From Hormiphora californensis (taxonomy: Eukaryota > Animalia > Ctenophora), in assembly GCA_020137815.1 (NCBI GenBank), contig CM035351.1:8804001-8868000 (forward strand): a DNA stretch of 64,000 bases, read 5' to 3'. A program made the position numbers and the translations under genes. Of this stretch, positions 28,547 to 38,846 are shown in pieces. How positions within the stretch are numbered: the first letter of the stretch is position 1; every line of letters starts with the position of its first letter. Below the pieces are notes generated by a model that saw only the letters and a list, made by a program, of their open reading frames with translations, was not told where the DNA came from and searched no databases.

Positions 28547-31500
28547 TACCCCCCTTATCCTCCCTTATTTGACGTTGCATGTTAAGGGGAGGAGGCACAT
28601 AGGTCCGACGCTGAGTAATGACAGGAACACCTGGGGGTGGTTAACCACGATAGTCCTAACAAGACTGGCTGTATTTTATGTACGGTGGCAAACGTGGGCT
28701 AGAGTGTGTTGAACCACAGTATATGCACCATTCTGCCTTCTATAGGCTCAGTGGGTCAGAACTGTGTCAAATCATTCTCAATCACGTACTTCCCTACAGA
28801 AGGTTCCCATATACCTTTCTGCAAGGCTTGATTGAATATATTGTGGCAAAATGCTAGTGATCGCCACCAAGGGGTCACTACGGTCACCAGATGCTGTTTG
28901 AAATCTCTGCTAGTGTAGGGTCGGTATTGCACCGTTTTGTTTAATCTTATATGATATTTAACGTATACCAGTAAAGGTTCAAAATCCGGCAGCTAGAGGC
29001 TAGCAACCTCTACTGTTGTATATCAATTGCTAAAGAAACGTCGAAAAGTAAATCTCGCTCCGAAAGGAAAGGTCGATCTCGGGCGACAAGAGCCGGTGAG
29101 CTCAGCATGACGGGCGCAGGGCAAAGCCGCGAGGACCCCTGCGTGCAGACGGGGACAAAGAGATCGTCTCATTGTAACCGAGTTATTAGCTGTGCTATCA
29201 CCGAAGTGAGCCCCGATTTATCTAAACAGAATCCGTACAACCTTGTAAAATACAGTTTTAAAATATCAACTTGGAATGTGCTCTCTCTGGAGAGTAGCTC
29301 ATCGAAATTGTACGAACTAGCGAGGGTGACATCAGAGTATGGAACTGACGTTATGACCTTGACAGAAACTCACCGGCCTGGAACTGGTGTGGTAGTGTTG
29401 GAGAACGGGAATTTGTTCATTAACTCGGGGAGAATGGATGGGATTCGGAGACAGGGAGTAGGAGTTGTCTTGTCTAAGAGGGTTAAGAACTCATTGATCT
29501 CATATACCCCTGTATCTGAGCGGGTGATGTGGCTGAGGCTCCACTCTAAACAGGTCAATGTGTCTGTTGTGGTGGCATATGCCCCTACCGAGGATGCGGA
29601 GGACAGTGTGAAGGATGGGTTTTACAATGAGGTAACTGGGGTATTGGATGGACTGCCGGGGCAAGATGTTGTATTCCTCAGTGGGGACTTCAATGCTAGG
29701 GTAGGGAGTGACAGTGAATCAGTGTCCGGGGTTGTCGGGAAACACTCTTTACACGCGGTTTCTAACAACAACGGGAAGCGTCTTGTTGACCTCTGTACAC
29801 TGTATGGGCTGGTTATTGGTGGCTCCCTTTTTGAGCATCTTAATATTCATAAGGGGACCTGGAAATCACCGGATGGTCGGACCGTCACTCAAATTGACCA
29901 TATCTGTGTGAGCTCTAGGTGGAAATCTTCCCTCCTTGATGTTCGGTCTTATCGTGGCGCTGATATTGGCTCAGACCACTATCTTGTGGGGGGTCGGTTT
30001 CGGCTTCGTCTTAGGGCTAATGGAAGGAGGAAGGGTGAAAGGGTGGCAGTGCCTGACTTGCAGAAGCTCCGAAATGGGAGTAAGATCGTAGAATACCAGG
30101 TTGCTCTCAAAAACCGGTTCGAAGAACTGGAGGATGGAGTAGATTTGGAATCTAGGTGGGATTTCTTCATGAACACCATCAGTGACACGTCTTTGGAAAT
30201 TCTGGGGAAACGACCAGCCCAGAAGAGGCAGTGTCATCTGTCTGATACCACCAAGGATCTTATTAGCCAGAGAGCTGAAGCTAAGAGGAAGGGTGAAACA
30301 GCTAGTGAGGATTACGGCAGGTTAAGGAAGGTGGCAAAGAGGAGCAGTAGGGAGGACGAGCAGTTGTGGGCGGACAAACTAGCTGATGATTTGGAAGGTG
30401 CAGCAAGGCGTGGTAACCAGAGGGATGTTTGGCAGCTTACCAAACAGATCGCTGGTAAGGCGAATTCGAAGGGTGTTGCTGTCCGGGACAATGCGGGTAA
30501 CCTCCTTTCCGAGGTCGACCAGCAGAGAGGAAGATGGGCGGAACACTTTTCGACGCTTCTGAATCCCCAAGCATCTCCGGTTAATCTGGTGGATTTGGGG
30601 GAGCTTTCAGGGCGGCCTTGTTTTTCGGAGCTTGAAGATAGCGACGCTGCACCAACAATCACTGAGATCAGCACCGCTCTCAAGCGTCTCAAGAACCACA
30701 AGTGTCCGGGACTAGACGGAGTTTCAAATGAGGAGCTGAAGTTTGGTAGCGCGGTGCTTGTGGGACCACTGGAGGCACTGTTTGGAGAGGTGTGGGAGTC
30801 TGAGAAGGTACCATCTGACTGGCTCAAGGGAGTTATTACCGTTCTCCCGAAAAAAGGAGACTCATCGGTATGTGGAAACAACCGCGGAATTACCCTTAGA
30901 GCCACCACCTCTAAGCTCTTTCAAATGGTACTTCTGGGCAGAATGGAGGATGGGCTCGAGAGACTTCTACGAGAAAACCAGTGTGGGTTTCGGAGGGGCC
31001 GATCCTGCATTGATCAGATTTTCTCACTGAGGATGGCCATCCACCAGGCTTCAGAGTATAACCTGCCCCTCTTTGTCAATTTTATTGACTTTAAGGCTGC
31101 TTTTGACTCGATTAACAGAGGGTTCATTTGGGCTGCGTTCAAGTACTATGGCCTCCCCGATAAATACATCAGAATCCTCAGGAGCTTCTTTGATGGGACA
31201 GTCAGCGCGGTTAGGTGGGCTGGTGGACTGTCGGATTGGTTCGAGGTTCTATCGGGCACAGGTCAGGGTGACATTCAGGGGCCTGTGGTGTTTAATGTCT
31301 GCCTGAACCTGGCCGTGGAGCTTAGTGAGGCGCATGGAAGTCCGTCCCGAGGGTTAGTACTGAGGCAGGAAGGAGACTCAGTAGAGACGGTACTTGATTG
31401 TGACTACGCTGACGACATGGCAGTCATGGATAGCACAGAGGCGGGGCTGCAGGAATCTACTGACTTAATCTGCAAGTTTTCTGAGTATGCCGGGCTGAAG

Positions 31501-32247
31501 GTGAACACCAGGAAGACCGAGGCCATGGCTGTTGCTAAATCTAGTGTACAGCCTCCACCAGAAGTCAGTCTTACCATAGGGGACACAGAAATTAGTCAGG
31601 TCAGAGATTTCACCTACCTGGGATCGAAGATAAGTTACGATGGGAAACTGGATGGCGAACTTTCTTCTAGAATTGGGAAGGGATCAGGTGCATTCCGGTG
31701 CTTGGGGAAGGTCTGGAACAATCGTAACATCCTGGAGCGAACAAAAATTCGTATTTATGAGGCTGCGATCCTGACCATCCTACTGTATGGGAGTGAGACC
31801 TGGAACACTACCAAGGCACAGATGCACCGTTTGGAGGTTTTCCACCAGACCTGTCTCCGCCGTATCCTTAAAATCAGGTGGTACAACAAAGTGAGCAATG
31901 TTAAGGTCTTGAAGAGAGCGGGAATCAGTACAGTGCAGGGATACATCTCCTCGAACCGGCTACGGTGGTTTGGTCATGTGTCCAGGATGCCAGAACATCG
32001 GATCCCCAAGATCTTCATGAACTGGGTCCCTAGGCATGGGAAGAGATCTAGAGGACGACCTAGGAAGACTTGGCTGCAGTGTGTCCGTGAGGATGCCTGT
32101 GCTGTTTCAGGAGTTGATGATACCAATGAGGAGTTGATGGGGAAAGCACAAGATCGTGACGAGTGGCGGCGATTTTCAAGAAGAGCGAGATATTCCGACG
32201 CGGGCCACTCTAACGATTGAGGAGACCCCTTCAAGTACAAGTAAGTA
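28547..32247 (+). mobile_element. Full-length RTE-clade LINE with an intact ORF
   Basis: TSD CTCTATGAT at 28538-28546 and 32248-32256; (AAGT)n-like tail; ~560-nt 5' UTR. Confidence 0.92.
29107..32220 (+). CDS. APE endonuclease + reverse transcriptase (RTE ORF, 1037 aa)
   Basis: TWNV, GDFNA, QIDHI, SDH; FIDFKAAFDS, QGD, YADD, YLGS, RLRWFGHV. Confidence 0.95.
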   Translation: MTGAGQSREDPCVQTGTKRSSHCNRVISCAITEVSPDLSKQNPYNLVKYSFKISTWNVLSLESSSSKLYELARVTSEYGTDVMTLTETHRPGTGVVVLENGNLFINSGRMDGIRRQGVGVVLSKRVKNSLISYTPVSERVMWLRLHSKQVNVSVVVAYAPTEDAEDSVKDGFYNEVTGVLDGLPGQDVVFLSGDFNARVGSDSESVSGVVGKHSLHAVSNNNGKRLVDLCTLYGLVIGGSLFEHLNIHKGTWKSPDGRTVTQIDHICVSSRWKSSLLDVRSYRGADIGSDHYLVGGRFRLRLRANGRRKGERVAVPDLQKLRNGSKIVEYQVALKNRFEELEDGVDLESRWDFFMNTISDTSLEILGKRPAQKRQCHLSDTTKDLISQRAEAKRKGETASEDYGRLRKVAKRSSREDEQLWADKLADDLEGAARRGNQRDVWQLTKQIAGKANSKGVAVRDNAGNLLSEVDQQRGRWAEHFSTLLNPQASPVNLVDLGELSGRPCFSELEDSDAAPTITEISTALKRLKNHKCPGLDGVSNEELKFGSAVLVGPLEALFGEVWESEKVPSDWLKGVITVLPKKGDSSVCGNNRGITLRATTSKLFQMVLLGRMEDGLERLLRENQCGFRRGRSCIDQIFSLRMAIHQASEYNLPLFVNFIDFKAAFDSINRGFIWAAFKYYGLPDKYIRILRSFFDGTVSAVRWAGGLSDWFEVLSGTGQGDIQGPVVFNVCLNLAVELSEAHGSPSRGLVLRQEGDSVETVLDCDYADDMAVMDSTEAGLQESTDLICKFSEYAGLKVNTRKTEAMAVAKSSVQPPPEVSLTIGDTEISQVRDFTYLGSKISYDGKLDGELSSRIGKGSGAFRCLGKVWNNRNILERTKIRIYEAAILTILLYGSETWNTTKAQMHRLEVFHQTCLRRILKIRWYNKVSNVKVLKRAGISTVQGYISSNRLRWFGHVSRMPEHRIPKIFMNWVPRHGKRSRGRPRKTWLQCVREDACAVSGVDDTNEELMGKAQDRDEWRRFSRRARYSDAGHSND

Positions 32248-32630
32248 CTCTATGATCAAAAGCAGATAATTAATTGGATAATTTATGTGGGTATTTTGAT
32301 TACCAGAAATGTAAGCATAGAGCAATAAATCGAGGCATTTTGCTTGCACTTTTTATTTTTTGACCGTTACGTTGGCTGCGTTTCTACTTAAAATCTGAAC
32401 TATTCGAAGTATAATCTGCGACAATGGTACGTTAAAATCAGAACTACGAAATTATATAGAACTGCTAAGTTTGCAAATTTAGAGTTTGCATCACCCCTCA
32501 AACCCTCCTGTTGATCACCCCTTCACTACCATGGTCACGTGCAGCGCGGCAAACGAAGCCAGCGAAGGGGATGGCATCACCAAAGTTAACTTTGCATTTG
32601 TTCAGAAAGTTAACATTGTATTTATTCAGG

Positions 32631-35600
32631 ATGTCAAGTGTCAACTCACTAGATAGTATTGGTTGGGACCCGTCCTATCAAATTGGAGCCGCATTTCTCA
32701 CTACTTATTTCGCCTGTTTGCTCATGACGGCTGGTGACTACCTTTTAGCCCTTCTTGGTTCTGTGTTAGGTGAGTTGATTGTACATAATAATTACATTTG
32801 TAATTAAATGTTCACTGTCATATAATCTTTTATTGGTAACGAAATTACCCCTACCTCAGTTACGAGGGGTAATTTCGTTACCAATATCTTTTATAATCAC
32901 TAGACAGGTCGAAAGATGTTTAACTATCGCAGGTCATAATATAAAGCAATATGATATATTTTGACACTAAATGGTCATGTGACAGAATAGAGGCTTCTAA
33001 CCCCCCTCCCTACTGCCACCCTTCTAACCCCTCCTCCCTACTGCCACCCTTCTAACCCCCCTCCATACTGCTACCCTTCTAACCCCCCTCCCTACTGCCA
33101 CCCTTCTAACCCCCTCCCTACTGCCACCCTTCTAACCCCTCCCTACTGCCACCCTTCTAACCCCTCCCTACTGCCACCCTTCTAACCCCCTCCCTACTGC
33201 CACCCTTCTAACCCCCTCCCTACTGCCACCCTTCTAACCCCTCCCTACTGCCACCCTTCTAACCCCCTCCCTACTGCCACCCTTCTAACCCCCCTACCGC
33301 CACCCTTCTAACCCCCTCCCTACTGCTACCCTTCTAACCCCCCTCCCTACTGCCACCCGTCTAACCCCCCTACCGCTACCCTTCTAACCCCCCCCCTACT
33401 GCCACCCTTCTAACCCCCTCCCTACTGCCACCCTTCTAACCCCTCCCTACTGCCACCCTTCTAACCCCCTCCCTACTGCCACCCTTCTAACCCCCTCCCT
33501 ACTGCCACCCTTCTAACCCCCCTCCCTACTGCCACCCTTCTAACCCCTCCTCCCTACTACCACCCTTCTAACCCCTCCTCCCTACTGCCACCCTTCTAAC
33601 CCCTCCCTACTGCCACCCTTCTAACCCCCTCCCTACTGCCACCCTTCTAACCCCCCTCCATACTGCTACCCTTCTAACCCCCCTCCCTACTGCCACCCTT
33701 CTAACCCCCTCCCTACCGCCACCCTTCTAACCCCCTCCCTACTGCCACCCTTCTAACCCCCTCCCTACTGCCACCCTTCTAACCCCCCTCCCTACTACCA
33801 CCCTTCTAACCCCCCCTCCCTACTGCCACCCTTCTAACCCCTCCTCCCTACGGCCACCCTTCTAACCCCCCCCCCTACTGCCACCCTTCTAACCCCTCCC
33901 TACCGCTACCCTTCTAACCCCTCCCTACTGCCACCCTTCTAACCCCTCCTCCCTACTGCCACCCTTCTAACCCCTCCCTACCGCTACCCTTCTAACCCCT
34001 CCCTACTGCCACCCTTCTAACCCCTCCTCCCTACTGCCACCCTTCTAACCCCTCCCTACTGCCACCCTTCTAACCCCCTCCCTACTACCACCCTTCTAAC
34101 CCCCTCCCTATACTGCCACCCTTCTAACCCCCTCCCTACTACCACCCTTCTAACCCCCTCCTCCCTACTGCCACCCTTCTAACCCCCTCCCTATACTGCA
34201 ACCCTTCTAACCCCCCTCCCTAGTGGTACCCTTTTAACCCCCCTCCCTACTGCCACAGTGCTGCTGGTGCTACCATTGATCTTGGAGCGGGTCCCCTACC
34301 TCCAGAGAAGACTCCTCTTCCACTCGTGGTACTACCAACCTGATAAACCTCTAGACAGACCTGAACTCCATGGACTTCCCGGGGCGCAGAACCGCCGTAT
34401 TGGACCTCTCGGGTGTTGGTATGTTTCCAACCCGGACTCTGGGGTGGTCATTGTCTATTGTCATGGGAGCTCAGGATCTCGTGCTAATGAGTACCGGGTG
34501 GACTTGGTAAGATTCCTATCCGAGGACCTTGGTTTCACCGTTTACTCCTTCGATTACAGAGGTTATGCTGACTCCCCGGGCCATTCTTCTGAGGTGAACT
34601 CTGTCGAGGATGCCAGGTCGGTGTTGAGGGTGGCCAGGAAGGAGCACCCTGGAGCCATGGTCTACCTCTACGGGCACTCCATGGGCACGGGGGTATCATG
34701 CCAGGCTGCTTATCAGGAGGTACAAGATGGGGCTCCGGTAGATGGTATTATTCTGGAGGCACCCTTTCTTTCAATACCAGAGGTGGTCCTAAAATCTCCC
34801 GCTGCTCGGGTGCTAAATGCTCTCTATGGTGGGTTCCTCTGGAGGTTTAGTGATCTCTTCATGTCACGAGATGTGATCGGGGAGCTGGAAAATGTGCTGA
34901 TTCTATTTGCTAAGGACGATGAGGTAGGTAAACAAAGTAATAAGACCAATGATCATAAATAAAATGATAATATACAATGGTACAGGGGTGGGCATAAAAA
35001 ATGTCCGCCCTAGACTAGCATAGTTCCAGATATCGTAGAGGGCTAAAACTTGGCAGAGTTACTCTATGGAACAAATAAATAGGTTGACCGAAATTTCAGA
35101 CTTTTAGCTCAAAGTTCATTTTTTTGATCGGAATGAACATTGTCAGTCATTCCAAAAAACATGAATTTTCGGTCCAGAAGTCAAACAATTGTCTTTGGCT
35201 ATCGAATGTCTTTCAAATGCGACCAAGAAAATCAAAAACGTACAACCACAAGGCACACAGTGATCATGTTTCTGTCAGTTAGTCAGGTCATGTGATCCCC
35301 ACCGAATCATGGACAACTTTCTGAATTGCTAATCAGGCTTATCGGGGAAGAATCACGTATCATAGCCGCTAATAAGGGATGTGTATCGAAAAGCGACCTG
35401 TGATGCGAGAGCATTGGGATAAAGAGGCCACTTGTTAATGAGCCTCGGATCTCATGGCCAATCATCATCGTCATCCCTCATTAGCGGCTGTGATACGTGA
35501 TTCTCCACAACTAATCCTGATTAGCAATTCATAACAGTCCACGATTCGGTGGGGATCACATGATCTGACTAACTGACAGAAACATGATCACTGTGTGCCT

Positions 35601-37353
35601 TGTGGTTGTCCGTTTTTGGTTTTCTTGGTCGCATTTGAATGAAATTTGATAGCCAAAGACAATTGTTTGACTTCTGGACCGAAAATTCATGTTTTTTGGA
35701 ATGACTGACAATGTTCATTCCGATCAAAAAATGAACTTTGAGCTAATAGTCTGAAATTTCGGTCAACCTATTTATTTGTTCCATAGAGTAACTCTGCCAA
35801 GTTTTAGCCCTCTACGATATCTGGAACTATGCTAGTCTAGGGCGGACATTTTTTATGCCCACCCCTGTATAAAGTGGTCAAGTAGATTAAATTTCAGTCT
35901 TAAAGGTTGACAAGATACCTAAAACTTTTCGTTTTTGATATTTTTACCTGCTCGGGTGAATAAGATGGACCAAAAGACCATCACCGTCTCTATCAGACAC
36001 TACAAGTGGTATTGATTACCTTCTGCGTTTCCGTTCACAACTCATGACTGCCACCTCGTTTAATTGCCAGAGCAATGAGCATACCTGCTCTACAGTAGTT
36101 CCATGGTTGCGAAAAGGGCAGGAACCTTGGTCAGATTTGACCAACTAGGGTAGCTTATGTATTGAGGGACCAGCGAGCCAGGCATGCATATTGTGTGACT
36201 TGGAGAATGGAGATGTACGAAGCTGAAAAGGGAACCTTCACTGACATAAGCCTCCAAATAATTTTCTAATCAGAGCCCCTTTCCCACTGGAAGGATGAAT
36301 CATGAACTCCAAGTACGATGTGGAGTGTTTTAACAACTCTACACCGACAAAACAGTGTGGATTCAGTCATCTAACTGGTGTTGCGAAAACGCAGCGATTG
36401 TTCAAAATAGCTCCTATTGATACAATTTTGACGGAAAATGAATACTATCTAGTTATTATAGAGTCAAACCATTTACTTGGGACCATAAAATATCTATTAA
36501 TCTATTCAATTATACACTGTTGCGGGCAGGGAAATTCGAAAATATACGATAGACAACGAGTTTTAGAGATCTTGTTTATTGATTGAGTAAGATGTACCCA
36601 ATTTCTGAGAAAGGGCCTTTCCGAGAAATCTTTGTCAGATTACGCCCGGTGCGAAGCGAGGGTTACGGAAGTAACAAAGAAATCTAGTAATTAGCCCTGA
36701 AAGTGATAGATCTGACAGTATTCTACTTCTTCTGACAGTATCAAGCTGTTAAGATGAACTGTCAGAAAAATGTCTCTGATATATGAAGTGTCTAATGATC
36801 ATACTCTGATTCTTGACGTACATGGCGCATTTGAAACTTAAAACTCTTAAAATGCCAGACATGTCTGGCATTTAATGAGTTTTTTAAAAGTCTGGCTAAT
36901 ATTCAAATGTGCTATGTAACCAGTCAATTTATCATCATCTGATAGGTGATACCCATGATATCTGACACCTATATTTAACTAGGTGATACCCGTTATATCT
37001 GACACCCATATATTTAACTAGGTGATACCCGTTATATCTGACACCTACATTTAACTAGGTGATACCCGTTATATCTGACACCTATATTTAACTAGGTGAT
37101 ACCCGTTTACCATGCTACAGAACTCCATGACATGTGCTCTGGCTCATCACTTCTACTTACTGAAAAAGGGGGACACAACTTCTTAATACACGAGGTAAGA
37201 AAGCGCTTATATAATAATAGTTTCTGGGAGCACTACAGCAGAACTGGGGGAGGCAATGAATTTCGAAAAAGAAAATACGAAGAAGATACGAAGAAAAATC
37301 AGGTGAATGAAATGATCGCTTCTGATTGGATGAATGCTATAAATCAGTTTTAA
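32631..37353 (+). CDS. ABHD12: ABHD12-like alpha/beta hydrolase, at least 3 exons
   Basis: Exons 32631-32769, 34259-34923 and 37096-37353 are phase-compatible; YCHG, FDYRGYADS, GHSMG nucleophile, ILEAPF, DDEVIP, GGHN catalytic His. Confidence 0.8.
32995..34256. repeat. ~25-bp intronic minisatellite (CTTCTAACCCCCTCCCTACTGCCACC)n
   Basis: About 50 copies, running directly into the exon 2 acceptor (TGCCACAG). Confidence 0.95.
34983..35867. mobile_element. Palindromic Tc1/mariner-type MITE, TA TSD
   Basis: TA|CAGGGGTGGGCATAAAAAATGTCCG ... CGGACATTTTTTATGCCCACCCCTG|TA; arms ~400 bp. Confidence 0.88.
36944..37108. repeat. ~37-bp tandem repeat of an intron/exon junction
   Basis: (AG|GTGATACCCGTTATATCTGACACCTATATTTAACT) x4, followed by the true exon start at 37096. 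Confidence 0.9.
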
Positions 37354-37671
37354 CCGTCTATATAAATCAGTTTTAACCGTTTTAACCGTTTATGTTATGT
37401 AATTTAAAATTCGAAGGGATTGTTGACATCTTGCTGGTTAGCTGTCAAGATAACATGCAAGATATAAAGAGATTCAGTTCTTCATGTTTCAGGCTGATGT
37501 TAGAGACGAGATAAGACGGTATCTTCTGACAGGACGTGGGAAGTTTGCCTTGCTCTACCCTCCCTCCAGCTCCCGGCGCCCCGATAAAAAGGTTTTGAAC
37601 AGGCGTGGGAAATAACAAAGCTGTGACACCCAATGGCCATGATATTTAATATGATATGTGAAGTATAGTTA

Positions 37672-37741
37672 TAGTCGGACCCCGATTTACCGTGCACCCC
37701 AAAATACTGGGCTATTATCCCGTTAAATTGGGGTCCGACTG
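37672..37741. mobile_element. Short MITE of the CAGTCGGACCCCGATTTA family
   Basis: Both TIRs present, TA flanks. Confidence 0.75.
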
Positions 37742-37954
37742 TAGTAGTTTTCTAGAGTACAATTATCATGGATTATTTATTGCTTATTTTCCTAACATAA
37801 TGAATTTCTTGCTGTGATGTATTACATATATTTGTCTTCTTATTTTCAATTTAAATTTCCTTTACATAGAATATTGTGCGTTTTATTGCCCAACAAAAAA
37901 AGCAATGTTTTACTACCGTTGCAACTCTAAATTTGATGTTAAGGTAGTGTAGGA

Positions 37955-38612
37955 ATGAAACGGAAGCTAGAGGATCATGTATCAGATATTGAGGGGTTCC
38001 TGGCAGATGTAGGGATAACATTGGGCAAGGATAGGAATTTAGCAGAACGAGATATCGAACCAATAGTAAGGTAACGTAATTACATCATTAGCAAAACTCT
38101 CATAAAAAGAAAATGAGAGTTACTTGAGACTGGAGGAACAAAATAATGTTGATTATAGATTTGTGAGATCCCTGACAAAAAGGTCTATAACCCAAGGCGG
38201 CAAGCACTAAAAGCAATTTAGTTTTTGTATTGCAACGCGATTTGCCGCCTTATGTCATCATGGGTTCCAATAGAGTTCTTTCTCAGGGATCTCACGAAAT
38301 CTCTGTTGAACAACGAAACTCGGGAAACGTTTTTAGGACAGCTTGAAGAATACATATTTTCTGATGTAAACAGGTTAGAATTGTTTTTGTTTCAGTTTAC
38401 AGTCACTAGTGGACCCAGACCATCCTACGGATGGCTTACAATTAATTGATTACTCAAGCGACGTACACTAAACTAAAAACACCTAGGAAATTCCTCGTTT
38501 TTCGTATCGCTCTGTTTATCTGTCTATGTGTCTCTCTGTCTCGTCGCTGGTCCTGGGGAGGGAGAGAGCAAGAGAGAGAGAGAGAGAGAGAGGAGATAGA
38601 GAGAGCAGAGCG

Positions 38613-38654
<42 letters not shown>

Positions 38655-38774
38655 ATAGGGAGGGAGAGGGGGAGAGAGATGGAAAAAGATAGAGAGAGAG
38701 AAGGAAACAAAGAGAGAGATACGAGAAAAAAAAACAAGAGAGTAGAGAGCGAGAGCGATTCTCTCTTGTCTCTC

Positions 38775-38846
<72 letters not shown>

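Noticed and set aside
28590-28760. RTE leader as an HDV-like, hammerhead, twister, pistol or lariat-capping ribozyme
   Set aside because: Only partial resemblance; required core elements could not be placed in both copies, so it is left unclassified.
32995-34256. CTAACCC-containing array as an interstitial telomere
   Set aside because: The unit is ~25 bp, not tandem (CCCTAA)n, and matches the adjacent branch point/acceptor.
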